NCBI RefSeq assembly: GCF_009914755.1 | Contig: NC_060944.1 | Length of the DNA stretch: 64,000 nt | Strand: one strand, 5' to 3' | Source of the DNA: the human T2T-CHM13v2.0 reference genome, Homo sapiens | Shown: positions 27,207 to 41,744 of the stretch, one piece after another | Numbering within the stretch: position 1 is the stretch's first letter | Layout: each line of letters starts with the position of its first letter | Position numbers and translations under genes: made by a program | The notes under the pieces: generated by a model | The model's input: only the letters and a program-made list of their open reading frames with translations | Told to the model about the DNA's origin: nothing | The model's database searches: none

Positions 27207-27370
27207 AGGGTAGGAGGGAAGGCAGAAACCTAATGAAGATGATGGGTTGATGGGTGCAGCAAAACCCCATGGCACATGTATAGCTATGTAACAAACCTAT
27301 ACGTTCTGCACATGTATCCCAGAACTTAAAGTATAGTAATTAAAAAAAATAGAAAAAACAAGAAAGAAAA
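27207..27370 (+). mobile_element. Very short 5'-truncated L1PA (about PA7-PA10) 3' end with A-rich tail
   Basis: GATGGGTTGATGGGTGCAGCAAAACC...CATGTATCCCAGAACTTAAAGTATA then A-rich tail. Confidence 0.88.
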
Positions 27371-27429
27371 GTAATTTTCTATAGTTTCACAACCCAAAGT
27401 TAACCACTATTGACATTTTGATGTAGGTA

Positions 27430-28112
27430 TCCATGCATGTAGGTATTCACACATGCACACATATGTACTATACAAGAGCATGTACATAATATACATATGC
27501 ATATATACACATAGGTACATATGCATGATATATGTATAATGTATAGGTGTATATATATTACACATACAATATACATTGGTATATAAAATATACATAGATT
27601 ATAAATAATATACACTATAAATAGTATATTTGTAATGTAAATAGGCAATATTATACATGAGTATATATAACACATATAATTTACAGATATCTGTGTATAC
27701 TATTCATAAGGATATAATATACACTTAAGTATGTATGTATAATATACAATATATAGATATGTATCATACACATCTAAGTATGTAAGTATAATAAGCATTA
27801 AGTAGATTATATATCTATGTACTACATAGGCATATATAATATATAGACATATTTATAACATAGGTATACATATAAATACCAATAGTCTACATAATACAGG
27901 TAGACATATAAATCTAATGTATAGATATATATGTGTAAAATATTATATATGGATATACACATAGCCATATGTATATATAATATAGTTAAGTATATATGTG
28001 CATAATATATAAATGTTTATATAATATACATAAGTATGCATGTATAATACATGCAGATGTATTTATATGCCTAAGTATATATGCTATACATATATATAGT
28101 ATACATATTTTA
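27430..28112. repeat. ~680-bp degenerate (TA)n/(TATG)n low-complexity tract
   Basis: Largely alternating purine-pyrimidine, AT-rich sequence. Confidence 0.9.
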
Positions 28113-29558
28113 TATGGAATCATATTGATTTCTGAGCAGCCATTCTTTTCTCTCCAGCAAAGCCAGAGAGGTGTTATGAAAATTCCAGACTGATCACATA
28201 CTTTCTTAAATTTATACATCACCTTTCCCTATTGTATTTTCGATAAAGACCAAAATCCTTAACTTCTTCTGTGAAGGTCTGTTTTTCTGACCCTCCTGTA
28301 CATACTCACTTCTTCCGCAGCCTCAGAGAACACTGTCCAACCATTTGATCCCTCGGTTTGCACCCCTCATTCTCCCCCACTGTGCCTGGACAACCCTTAT
28401 TCATCTTTACTCAGGAATTCTTCATCTGAAATTGAGTCCTCTGTCAGGCATCCCTCAGCAGCCTGCATTTTTTTCTATCAGAATATTCAGGCCTTTTAAA
28501 AAATATCTCTCCCCTGCCGGACAGTGAGCCTCAAGGGACTCTGGGGGTCCTGACCAGTTTCCAACTGCCATCAGTGTCAGGCTGTCAGAGAGCCCTTTAT
28601 AAATACTTGCTAAGTAGCAGATGACAATTCTGTTCTTTTAAAAATTCACTTTCGAGCATATTGTGAGCATTTTCCATGTCAAGAACTGTATTAGCTAGCT
28701 ACATTATCATTTTTAGTGACATCACATATTCCATGGTATGGATGTACCATAATTAATTTAATTGATTTCCTATTGCTAGACTAAGGTTGCTTCTAAATGT
28801 ATTGTTGAAAACAGTGTTGTCATTGACATTCGTGTGAAACATGTAACTAATTTGCCTGACCAAAAAGGTTGCACCAACTTATATGTATTTTCATCAGCGA
28901 AGCTGTCTTTTTTTTTTTAACACACCCATCTCTACACTATTATTATTATTGTCAATTTAACAGTCATAGTTCAAAGTTGCCTTTCTCTGATAACTAGGAA
29001 TATTTGTTCATTCATTCTACACTACAGATACTTATTGAGAGCTCACTCCATATTACTAGCAAAATGAACGTATTCTATGGCCAGTAGCACATTGTTGCAG
29101 AACAATAATTTAAAATACAGTAGGGAAAACCTCCTCTCTCTCTCTTTCTTTTTTTTTTTCTGTAAAACACCTTCTTGGTTACTATTATGTGTTTATTCTT
29201 CTCGATAAGCATTAGAGTTATTTTGTCAAATACCTTTTAAAAAAACTCTTTAGTGACTCTGATTTGAAGTGCATGAAATTTATAGATTTAAAAAGAAATA
29301 AATCTTCACCATATTGAGTCCTCCCACCCAAAAGCACAACATGAGTTTCCTTTAATGTTTCTAAAGTATTTCTTAAAACAATCTCTCAAATCTGACTACT
29401 CAAAATAAACAATATTAACATTTGGCTAAAACATCTTATTAGATTTTTGAAGGCATATGTATTGACATAAATATATAATTTTGCCTCAGTGAGATGCCCG
29501 TGCTGTTTTTATCAACTTACATAGAAATTGTGTATATTTAAGGCATGCCACATGATGA

Positions 29559-29981
<423 letters not shown>

Positions 29982-30044
29982 TAGTGTAGCATTATTAAGT
30001 ATAGTCACCATGCTGTACATTTCATTCCCTAGGACTTATTTATC

Positions 30045-30355
<311 letters not shown>

Positions 30356-30594
30356 TAACTGACGGTTTGTACCCTTTGGCCAATATCTCCCTATTTTCCC
30401 CACACCCTAGCCCCTGGCAAACACTATTCTACTCTCTGCTTCTATGCGTTTGACTTTTTCAAATTCCATATATACATAAGATCACATAGTATTTGTCTTT
30501 CTCTGTCTGGCTTATTTTACTTAGCATAATGTCCTCTGTGTTCATTCAAGGATGCTTTAAAAAAACTTTAAGGTTAAACATTATGATCTGTAAT

Positions 30595-31040
30595 ACATAT
30601 TTTTATTGCTACATAATAATTGTACATATATATGGGGTGCATGTGATATTTTGATACATACATATAATGTGTAATTATCAAATTGGGGTTTTTAGGATAC
30701 CATCTCAAACACTTATTTCTTCATATTGGAAACATTTCAAGTCTAGCTATTTTGAAATATACAATAAATTGGGTAAAAAAATAAATAAATAAATAAATTA
30801 GGTGACTATAGTTAAGAATAATTTATTCTGACTGTCCTATCAAACACTAGAATGTGTTCCTTCTATCTAACTGTATGTTTATACCCATTAACCAACCTCT
30901 CCTCATCCCCCCAGTTTCTTCCCAGCCTCTTGTAATCATCATTCTACTCTCTCCCTCCGTGAGATCAACTTTTTTAGTTCCCAGATAGGAGTGAGAACAT
31001 GTAGTATTTATCTTTCTGTGCCTAGATTGTTTCACTTTGT
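30595..31040 (-). mobile_element. L1MA (about MA3-MA5) 3' UTR with an internal micro-inversion
   Basis: ACATAATAATTGTACATAT...GGGGTGCATGTGATATTTTGATACAT...GAGATCAACTTTTTTAG...GAGTGAGAACATG. Confidence 0.88.
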
Positions 31041-31224
31041 CTGGTTATCTTTTTAGAATAAATTCCTTGATTTGGAAAGTTTAGGTCATGCATGTATTTT
31101 TAGAGATATTACAAAGCTAGACCTCAGAAAGGTTGTATCAAATTGTCTTCCACCTGCAGCGTTTAAAAATGTTCATATAAATCTGTAAAAGAAATTAGGA
31201 AAACAATGACATTTACAATAGCAT

Positions 31225-31985
31225 CTAGAATTATAATGAGGTAACACTTTACACCCACTGGGATGGCTATAATTTTAAAACAAAAGATGGAAAATAATAA
31301 ATGTTGTTGAGGATGTGGACAAATTAGAACCTTTGTACTTTGATAGTGGGAATATAAAATGACTCAGTCACTGTAGAAAACAGTTTGGTGGCTCCTTGAA
31401 AAGTTAAACATAGGTTTATTATATGACCCCACAATTTCAGTCCCAGATGTGTACTCAAAAGAATTGAAAACAGGTATCATACAAGTACTTGTACACAAAT
31501 GTTAATAGCAGGACTATTTGCAATACCAAGAGGTGGAAAGAGCCTTAATGTCCATCAAGAGATGAACAAATAAACAAATTGTAGCATATCCATACAATGG
31601 AATATTACTCAGCCATAATAGGAATAAAAAAATGATACATATTACAGTGTGGATGAACCTCCAAAACATTACTCTAAGGTCAAAGAAACCAGACACAAAG
31701 ATCATGTATTGTATGATTCCATTTTTACGAAATACCCAGAATAGACAAGTCCATAGAGACACAAAGCAATTGGTGATTTCTAGGGACAGAAGGGGAATGT
31801 GGAAATGGAGAGTGACTGCTCAGTGGGTATGGGATTTGATTTTGGAGTGACAGAAATGTTTTGGAACTAGATAGAGGTGGTGGTTGCACAACATTGTAAA
31901 TGTACTAAATGCCACTAAATTGTTCACTTTAAAATGGCTAATTTTATGTTATGTGAATTTTACCTCAATAAATTATTAAAACCAA
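31225..31985 (+). mobile_element. L1MB-like ORF2-end/3' UTR
   Basis: ACACCCACTGGGATGGCTATAAT...TTTTGGAACTAGATAGAGGTGGTGGTTGCACAACATTG...TACCTCAATAAA. Confidence 0.9.
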
Positions 31986-33159
31986 CCAACAAACCAACCA
32001 ACAAACAAACAGAAAATGCAGTCTGTTAGATGCCATCAGTCATAAAAGGGAACCTCATTGACTGGAAATGTCTTACCCCTGTGCTCTCCACTGGAAGAGG
32101 AGTAGCAATATGACCCAACAAAGAACCAGAAAAATCGGCAGCCCAGCAGGGGTAACTTTGCGCCAGAAAACTAGTGCCCACATGCCATACCTCTAGCTTG
32201 CTGTTTTCTGCTATAAAGTTATTATGTGTTTACCTTTGGGAAAAAGTAATGCTCATGTGTCCTGTGTCTTTGCTCATGGTAAATGTCTCAAATCTTTATC
32301 AGTCTGAGAAGTGAATAAAGGCCATTTTTATTTGCATTTCTTTCATTACTGTGGAGGGTGAAGATCTTTTCATGAAGGGTGAAGATCAAACACACAATGC
32401 CATGTGCATTGTGTGTTTGAATTGCCTGTTGATTTTATTCTTATAGATTTAATTTTAGATACGGAGTTTACCTCCAGGAATCCCCTGTCTCTTCCCACTC
32501 CCACAGAGTGCCATGTGCCTGGGTTGTGGAAGCTTCTTTCAAAAAAGTTTTTGTGTTTACTGGGGCCCTCGGGACTTCACCAACCTGGGATGACCTCCTA
32601 TAATAATTTATTAGTGTTGAAATCTCTCATCACACAAATATATAAGCCTCGACTCTACACTCTACACTGCATGGTATAGGCTTTGGGCTTCGACTTCTTA
32701 GGGAAACTTTCTGCTTTCAGCCACGTCCCTGTGCAGGTGCAAGCTTCTTTGCAGTTTCCAGAACAGTGGGCAGAGTTGTTCTAGCCCTTTCCATGGAGGG
32801 GATTTTTTTAGGGTCCTGATTTTACAGCGGTCTCAGTTCCATTACTTTGCTAACTGGGACCTAAGGCCACATGTCCTATCCCAAAGTTGGCATTAAAATC
32901 CCAGTCCCTAACCATTGGGGCCATGCACCCACCTCCTGGGGGGGAGATGTCATGGTTCAAACACTTTCCATTCTGGCTTTGAGTTTTCTTTTCATTTATT
33001 TTCACTCTAGAGATTTTCCTGTCTTTCGAGTGAACCTATATATTTTAAATATTAATTATTTTAATTCCCACACTCTTGTGGGTTTTCGGTGGTAGACAGG
33101 GACCTCTGTCACGGATCAGTCTACCAATGTTGCTAAAAGTCTAATTTACAAAAATTGTT

Positions 33160-33860
33160 TTTGTAGTGAGACTATTAACCCTTTATAATATATATTACCA
33201 ATACTTTTTGCCAGGTTTTAATTTTTTTTTTGGCTTTATACATGGTGTTCATTGTCATGAAGAGGTTTTAAATTTTTATGTAGCTATGTTTCTCTACTTT
33301 TCCATGCATTGTCTCTGGTATTATGTTTAGAAGACATCTTCTTTCCTAAGAGTTAAAAAAAAAAGCATTTAGTCTTGTTTTCTTCTAGTGCTTTTATTTA
33401 TTTATTTATTTTTAACATTAAGCTTTCTGATCTATTTGGAGTTGGTTTTGCTGTGCTGTGGAGGCAGGGACTCAGCATTAATCTCCCTCACTTTCTGGCT
33501 AGTTGTCATGACACTATTTATTGAGAAGCCCATTGTTTTCCTATTTTCATGTGTACTTAGGTTTGTTTCTGAACTCTAATCTTTCACTACATCAGCAATG
33601 GACTGTTTTAATTACAACACGTTGACATTCTAGTATATCCAATTTCTCCTCTTCCCTGCCTCTTTGTCTTGCCCCCACCCCCGCTTATTTTTTTAAAAGA
33701 AAAAATTTGGTCTATTCTTATGTATCTCCCCTCAATCAAATCCAAAATCATTTAAATCAAAATCCATGTCAATATCATTGAGGTTTCTTACTTTAACAAA
33801 TGTATAGATTGATAGAGACAATCCCTCTTGTTTTCTGATAATTTATTGTTTGCTCATAGG
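33160..33860 (-). mobile_element. Highly decayed L1M fragment(s)
   Basis: GAAGAGGTTTTAAATTTTTATGTAG...TCTGATCTATTTGGAGTTGGTTTT resembles antisense L1 ORF2. Confidence 0.5.
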
Positions 33861-34404
33861 AAATCTGTTGGGTTTGGCAAAAATGGGGATATGGACCCTA
33901 GTGAGGAGGCACAGACATTCTGAGCATGGCATTACTTTAAGACAAGCTTCAGTTGCAAAGAGTGACGTTGGATCCCTGCTTTCAAGCTTCCTTCAAACCC
34001 ATCCTTTTACCCAGGCCTAGCCCCTGACTGGTCTCTTCCTGTGACTGAACCAATGATTTTACCACTGTCTACCAAATCAGCCAAACCAGGCATCTGGGTG
34101 GTGGGGGACAGCATTCATGCCTCTCTTTCCTGATTGTTCATGGATCCCTGTGGATTCAACCTCCTGAGCAGCTCTCCAGTTGTCCTTTCCTCTCCATGCC
34201 CACTGCCTCTGCTGTGATTCTGGTCTCAGCCTTCTTTGTATGGGATTTACCGCAGCCTCCTCACTGGACTTCCTGCCTGCAGCCCACCTTCCAGGAGGAC
34301 ACAGAATTATGCATGTTCTGAAGCATAAATATATGTTCTTTCCCAGCTTAAATCCTTTCCATGGCCCCTTCATGAAGCTGACAGTGTAGTAGGTGGAGAC
34401 ATTT

Positions 34405-34875
34405 ATTTATCCTTTCAATGAATATTTATTAAGCAGTTACTTACGATAGGACCTAATCTAGGCCCTGGGGATATTGCTGTGTATAAAGATACAGGAATCT
34501 CTGCCCAAGGCCGGATGTTGGGTGGGAGAAGACAGAAAATAAACAAGAGAAATAATATTTAAAGTAGCTTGGTTGGGAATAGATACCAAGAAGAAAATAT
34601 GTCAGGGAAAGGGGCTAAGGAATTCCAGAGGTAGAGAGGGTAGGGGCTTTTTAAATGGGGTAGCCAGAAAAGGTCTACCTCAGAGGTAATGTTGGAATAT
34701 AACTGAAAGGTAAGGGGAAAGTCACGGATAGCGGTGTTCTTGTTCAGGGCCTTGTGGACCACTGTGAAGGCCAGCTTTACTGGAGTGACCGGGGAAGCCA
34801 GCAGAGAGTCTGAGCCAAAGGAGGACCTAATTTGACTTCATGATCTCGCTTAGGTTTTAACAGGAACACTATGAT
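34405..34875 (-). mobile_element. L2 LINE fragment
   Basis: TTCAATGAATATTTATTAAGC...CTAGGCCCTGGGGATATTGCTGTG...GGCCTTGTGGACCACTGTGAAG. Confidence 0.75.
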
Positions 34876-35319
34876 GGAGCATAGAATATAGATGAGTATA
34901 CAAGTGACTGAATACTTGCAAATGTGACAAGAGCTAGGAAGGAGAGTTCAGGGTGCTTTGGGAGTGCAGAACAGGAGACCCTGATTCAGTCTGGAATGGG
35001 TAGGTGGGAGCTCAAGTACAGCTCAGGCAGCATGTGGGCTTTAGGGCAAAGGGGAGTCATTAAAGGGATTTGAGTAAGGGCAGGAGATCAGCCATGCCTG
35101 TGAGTAGACAGGATGCTTATCACACCCCCTGACAGGTTATGCTTTGGGAGGTTTCCTTGGGTGAGGGAGCCTGATGCACTCATCTGGTTGTGGGGTGGAG
35201 GACTGCAGGGGCCTGGAGAGGGCTCACTGTGCTTGTCCAGGCTCATGGGAGGCAGGCTGGCAAGCCAATCAATGCAATCAAGAGTGAAACTATGGTTGGT
35301 TTGGGCCTCTAAGTTTTGG

Positions 35320-35750
35320 GGTAAAATTTCACACATTGATAATAACTGGAACCCCTCCCCACTCTTTTCATGGCTTCTGTGTGGTGGAATATACTTCCTC
35401 ACCCCTTTGACTTTGAATTTGGCCATGCGATCGATTTCAGCTGTTGGGATGTGATTGGATGCCATGTGCCCTAGATCCAACCCAAAGCTGGAAATGTGCT
35501 CAGATGATTTGGCCAGCCCTCTTGCTCTTCTGGGACTAGCCATGGAACTGGCTGTCCCAATAACTGCTTTCCTTAATCCTAAAATGAGGGACACATGGAA
35601 ATGACGTGAATTTAACCTGCAGCCTGAAGCAGAGCTGCCTCAGCACATACAGGCCTGTGAGTGAGAGGTAAATGCTTGTCGTGGTAAACCACTGAGGTTT
35701 TGGAGTTGTTTGTTATCTGGCACCATCACAGCAATAGCTCACTAAGATAA
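35320..35750 (+). mobile_element. MLT1 (I/J-like) LTR
   Basis: TTGACTTTGAATTTGGCCATG...AAATGCTTGTCGTGGTAAACCACTGAGGTTTTGGAGTTGTTTGTTA...GCAATAGCT. Confidence 0.75.
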
Positions 35751-36349
35751 AGTAGTTGGGTAACACTATTATTTTCATTTTCCAGATGGTGAAAATGAAG
35801 CATAGAAAAGTTAAATTAACTGTTCAGATCATAGCTAGTAAGGGACAGTCTGCTTGGAACTCAGGAAATCACTTATAACCATTATCTCCAGAAAAGCACA
35901 TGCACAAATACATCTCTCACAGGCCTAAGTGTGTTTCCAGCAATGCTGCTCAGTCCCTGGCCTATAAATCTGGAGAAACTTTAGTTCCTGGAAGAGCCAA
36001 GACCACTACAAGAAATAAATAACCAATGAAAACCTGTTTTCTAGTGTCTAAAGCATCAACCTTGAAACCTCAGCTGATTTTAGATATTATCCTCCAAGGT
36101 GCGCAGAAGAGAGACAGGTGTTGGCAGTGTAGAAAAACCATGTTGCGGCTCAAATACACAAGGAAACCAGGCAGTGCCCTGCTTCACTCTCTCTGTCTTG
36201 GCCTCAGAGGTGGGGCATCTTTGAAGCGTAATGAATTTATGCACATTTTTGTGCATTTAATTGGGGGAAAATATTTTTAAATGTCTATCACTGTGTTGAC
36301 ATCGTGTGTCTGTGTATGCGTGTGGGTGTGTGTTGAAACAACATCATTG

Positions 36350-36570
36350 GAAGATAGTGTGGGCTAAAGAGGCTGGGCTTTGGAGCTAGACATCCTGGAT
36401 TTAAATGAAAACCCCCTTGTGTGACCCTGAATAAGTCTGACAATTCCTCTGAGTCTTGGATCCTTTATCCTATAAATGGGAGGCCGTAATACTTGAGTAA
36501 GGAATGGGATTGGCTGCCACAAAGTCAAGTATATAAAGCACCTACCACCTTGTAGGGCTCCAAGAACATT
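36350..36570 (+). mobile_element. MIR SINE
   Basis: GGGCTTTGGAGCTAGACATCCTGGATTTAAAT...GTGTGACCCTGAATAAG. Confidence 0.7.
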
Positions 36571-37346
36571 TGCAGCCTTTCCCTGTCTTGTCATCTCTTA
36601 TAAACAGTGACTACCAATTGAAGATTGTCCAACTTGAGGACTTCTGTGAATTCTGCTGGCATCTGGAAGCTGCTTCCACCCAGCGGACGAAGCAGGAGAG
36701 AGAGCTCATTTGTCAGTCAGGACATGGATCCTGCAGTTCTGCATCTTCAAGTCTACAACCCTCTGTCTCAGCACTAAAAAGCATTTAAGCACAATAGAGC
36801 TTAAACTAGGAGATATTTGAAGCTGGGTTGAACTCCTATCTTTATTATTTATTAGCTTTGTGACTTGGGTAATTAAACTTTCTATGCCTTATTTATTTTC
36901 CTTTCTATAAAATTGGCATAATATTTGTATCCTGTTTACCAACATATTATCAGCACTTAGCATGGTGCCTGCCACCCAGTGTCATGAGAATCAAGTGAAA
37001 TGATGCATAAATAATTATCTAGCATATAGTAGGCACTTAGTTAACACTGGTTTCTGTAGTGATACTGTTGGCATAAAGGCAAAGCTTTTTAAGACAGGGA
37101 GCTCAAGAAATATTAACTGAATCTGAGTGGTCACTGCATTAGTACACTGTTAAATCCTTTTTAGAGTTCCCTGATTACATTTTGAGAAAGCTCAGGGTCT
37201 AGACTCTATAAATTGGAATTTGCAGAGCTGGGCTCTGTTTGCCTTAAGAGGCATGACTAGCTTCTCTTCTTGGCACTTCTTATTCTGCATACCTGCCATG
37301 CTTCCTTCAACCCAATGGCATTTGCATATGCTGTGAGTGCAAAAGT

Positions 37347-37542
37347 CCATCATTATTATCATCACCATCATTGCAATCATTATCAATATCATTACAATTA
37401 ACACTATAGTTCTCATAATGACCACCATCAATATCATGATCATCACCATAATCACCACTACTTCTATCATCATCACCAGTAGCATTGTTGTAATCATCAT
37501 CACTACTACCACAGTAACTATTGCTGGCACTCCCACCACTTA
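37347..37542. repeat. Degenerate (CAT/CAC/ATT)n trinucleotide low-complexity tract next to a minus-strand MIR
   Basis: CATCATTATTATCATCACCATCATTGCAATC... with period 3; MIR-like sequence follows at about 37540-37760. Confidence 0.88.
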
Positions 37543-39664
37543 CTGAGCCCTTACATTGTACTATACTAGCTGATGAAATACTTTGTCTTATGAAATCTTT
37601 ATAAGAAATCTCTTAAGGTAAGTACAGTTAGTGTCTCCATTTTGCAGACAATGCAACCAAGGCACGTGAGTGTGAAATAATTAGCCCAAAATTAACCATT
37701 GGTGGAGACATAATTCAAACCCAGGTCATATCACTCCTAGGCTAGCTCTCTTAACTAATAAATGAAATGGCTTCTCCTCACTCCTTATGTAGTTAACTCA
37801 CCCGTCAAATCTCAGCTTAAATGTCCCATCCTTGGAAGTCTTCCATAACTGCCTTCATCACCGTTGTAAGCACACAGAATTCCCTTTAAGTTTTCTTCAT
37901 AGTGCTTATCACAATGTGTAATTTTAGATTTATTTTCACAATTATTTGATTGATAGCTTTCTCCTCAAGTTGCATGTGGGTAGGAATGACAGAAACTGGG
38001 TTTCTGTTGTGTGCCTTCTTGTGCCGTGCCCACAGCAAGGAGACTGGCTCAGAGTCAGTAGTCTAAATATTGTTGAATGAATGCATGAGCCCTGCCTTTA
38101 TCACTAGTCTAGCTATGTCCTGCTTTGCACTTCTCTGGTCTTTGCAAGTCAACTTTATTTCTAACTTCTGTTTTGGTATGCCCTCTGGGTTCTTACTAGA
38201 GCAAGTGTCATTCTCCTTGGGTCACTATTAGCTAGATAGACTCTGAAAATGGCTTAGAAACAGGGGGTCATTGAGAATGAATAGGTTGGAGTAAGGAGAA
38301 CCAGGAGGCAGGGAGACTAGGCTGTTGTAATAATAAAGGCTTGGCAAAGAGGCCATGGATGGATGACCCTCAGTGACAGTGGTGGTATTAGGGATCAGAG
38401 TTATAGACAAAGCTAAAAAATGGTATAGGGCAGAAATGGTGGGACCTGGTATCTGGATGAGGGGAGCAGATGGATGTGGGCTGCCATCAGCAGTGTTAAG
38501 ATTTCAACTTCAGAGGAAGAATAAAGCATGGTGCCATTGAAATCTGTAGCCTTGATGGCCATCCCAGCCTTATCTCCCTGCATGTGATGGGCCCTTCTAC
38601 ATGTCTGTGGATTTGCATATGTTGTTTTCTTTGTGTTGTTCTGTCCTTTCTCTCCTTTCTCTCTCTGGAAAACTCCTACTGGCCCTTGATGACCCAGCTC
38701 AACGGACTTCTCTGTCCTTTCCAGTGGAGGTTATTGCTGGCTCTGGGCTGCCAACAAATTTTGGTCAGATCTTTTCTATACCATGTGCCATGTTGGGATG
38801 CCATCACCCCAACATGTCTGTGTGCCCATTTGCCCCATCAGCTATGAGATTTTTAGGAGCAGGCTTTGCAATGTCTTTCTTTCTCCCTTCTTCCTCCCCT
38901 TCAGCCTGGACCTCTCTGTTCCTCTCCTCCCTGCTTACCTTCCTTTCCCTCCAGTATGTATTTAACTCCTGTAATGCCATAAGGTGGCAAGTGCTCTATT
39001 AATGACCAGAACCACAATGAAGAGAGACTAAAGGATCGGGGATCAGGGGTGGTGGGCTCTGGCTTGGCTGATGGTATCCTTAGCTGAGATCAGGAAGAGA
39101 AATATGTAGTCTTTAAGAGAGCAAACAACCCTTTTTGTTTGTGATTAGGTGAGACCTTCAGCCTGGATCTTTTGACATGAACCATTTGATTTCCTGACAC
39201 ACTGTGTTTCGCAGTGTCTGAGTTTGGGTTCAGACCATTGCATCCCTCTTATGGGGTGAGCAGACAAGAAAGTGAGTTTAGCAATAAAGCCCCTCTGCCA
39301 TGTGTTTTTTTTTCACCTTAACTATGTTATTTATAGCCAAGGTGAGACCAGTAGCGAGTGGTGTGGCACTGGCCTCACACTCTCCCCTCTGCTGGTTCCT
39401 GACTGGGAAATCTCTGAAGAGCTGGGTGCTAAACCCTCTCATTCAGTGACATCATCATTCTTTTGCTACAGCCCATTTAGATTCCTGGCATTGAGTCTAG
39501 GATGGAAGTTAAGGTCCTGCACAGAGTCTGGAAAATGCTGCCAGTTACCCCCAATTTCAGCCGTTCGCTCTTTGGCCTTCTTGCCTCTTGGGAGCTAGTG
39601 TTGGGACCCTGGGACCTAATCGCTGACTACCCAGCAATTTTCTTTCCTTCTGGTTCTTATCTGT

Positions 39665-39850
39665 TCTCAGACAAATCTCTTAATCTCTGTTCCTCAGTTC
39701 CTTCATCTGTAAAATGGGGATTGTGATAATATAATACCTACCTCACAGGATTGTAGTGAAAATAAAATGATATGCTATATGTAAATTACTTAGAATCCTA
39801 CCATCACATAAATAGGAGCTACATAAGTGTTAGTAATTACTGCTATTACT
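39665..39850 (+). mobile_element. MIR SINE
   Basis: CTCTGTTCCTCAGTTCCTTCATCTGTAAAATGGGGAT...TACCTACCTCACAGGATTGT. Confidence 0.85.
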
Positions 39851-41354
39851 CTACTGTCATTATTGCTGTTGCCATTATAATTTTTTACACTGAGTGTTGA
39901 CATTGTTCTTCCAATCAACTAGATATGGACAAGCTTAACACCTTTTTATTCAAGTCTCACACCAATGGCATGTTGTTAGGAGGTCTTACCTGACTCCCAA
40001 ACCTGTAACCCCACCCTGTAACTCTCAAAACTCTCTATCATATTATGACGTGTCATTGTCTTTATAGCATCTATCACTGTGTCACATTCTTTGAGTACTT
40101 ATTTATTGCCTCTCTCTTTATCCTAGAAGGTGAGCTTCATTGCCTTCTCCTAGGTTCTCAGCACAACACCCTGCACCTGGACAGGTCTCAATAATTAATA
40201 TTACTTGTTAAATGTCTTCATCCTACACCTTTTTCCTTGTCCTGGACTTCTGTGAGTTTCGTTCCAACAACTGAGTCCCAAAGGAGGGAGAAATTGAGAC
40301 TGGGTGGAATTGCGGAGTTTTGATGTTCACTGCATTGCTTCCTTTCCACCCCTTGGTGGAGCCGTTGTTGCACCTTTCTACTGCATCCAGGCATTCTACT
40401 CTAGACTGGACTGGAAATACATCATACTAAAGTGTGAATGATTGATACAGACTTAAACTACTACCTTCTCTTAAGAGACCAAAGCCTGATTAATTCCGCT
40501 TTCCTTCCTTATAAGGAAAGATGTGGGGATGGTGCAAAAGTAAGAAGATGAAGAAGCTGATTCTAATTCTAATTAATTGCATAGTCCTAGACAAGCCATT
40601 TAAACCTCTCTGAGCCCCAGTAACACACTTGAAATGAGTTGCTTTCCATGTGAGTTGTCATGTGTGTCAAATGCAATCCCTGTGTCTGAAAATGGCTTGT
40701 CTCACAAAATGCTCACTGAATAAGCTGTTATCACTGTTTATCATAACAGAAAATAAGGAGAGTAACTGAAGTGAGTGACAAGTTGAATATGAGCCAGCAA
40801 TGTGCCTCAGGGGACTCCCTGTCTCTCTCTCTTTAAATTTACCACTCAAATCCTTGGGCTGCCTGAGATGAGGCCTCAGGGCACCTGCTTTCCCCCATGT
40901 CTTCTTCTGCCCCCGTGCCCTCACTCTTAGTGTGGCTTGGACAAAGAACTCCAGGTCCTGCCCATTTGGAGAGACAAATGATGCTAAGATGAGCTGTGTA
41001 AAGTCTCAATATCAAGTCATCTTTTAGTTCCAAGGCCTCTTTCTAGCTACTGGAGTCCATCCAGCCTTTCTCTTAGCAGCATCATTTCCTTCCAGAGTCT
41101 CTGATAAGGCTTTTTCTATGTCTTCCCCCTGCTTCCCTGGCCCTAGCTTAGCTACCCTGGTCTGAGCTCCTGCCCCTATTAACCAGCACCTTTCGTATGT
41201 CAAGCTGGGTGCCATCCCTAGGCCTACCCCTTTCCCTCCCAATGACTAAAGCTTCTTCCATTCATGAGCATCCACTGAGCTTGTGGAAGGGGCACAGAAC
41301 AGACTAGGAACGTGTGTGATCAGGCCACATCCTCTATGGCAAAGGCCTTATTTT

Positions 41355-41605
41355 GTGTAGTTAGGGGAGTATGTGCTGGAGCCTGATTGCCTGGGTTCCC
41401 ATCCTGGCTCCAGTGCCTACTAGCTTTGTGAATTTAAGCAATTTATTTCATCTTCTTGTGCCTCAGTTTATTCATCTCCAAAATAAAGACAGTCATTGAA
41501 TCCATATCAAATGGTTTATATGAGGATTAAGATGGATTTATTCATGTAAAACATCTAGAATGAGGTCTAGCAGACAGTAAGTACACAGCGAATGTTGGCT
41601 TTTAA
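41355..41605 (+). mobile_element. MIR SINE, near full length
   Basis: CTGGAGCCTGATTGCCTGGGTTCCCATCCTGGCTCC...GTGCCTCAGTTT...TGAGGATTAA. Confidence 0.85.
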
Positions 41606-41744
41606 AAATTATTAATAAAGAGTCACTGCTTCCTTATTGGCAAACCTTAGTCAAAGGTGACCTCAAATCGGAGGTGGGTGCCCAGGGAAAGGTTTCTTTA
41701 TCCCTGGACCATGCCTCTACTCCTTAGGATGTTTCCAAGAGAGG

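Noticed and set aside
32355-32387. 12-bp direct repeat AGGGTGAAGATC x2
   Set aside because: Only two copies in decayed sequence; ordinary slippage duplication, not an array.
35088-35594. 168-aa (-) ORF, and the similar 159-aa (+) ORF at 43477-43956
   Set aside because: They overlap LTR/L2 remnants, have no recognisable domain and no supportable splice structure.
37192-37546. Hydrophobic M/I/V-rich and I/T-rich ORFs resembling membrane peptides
   Set aside because: Artefact of the degenerate (CAT)n trinucleotide tract.
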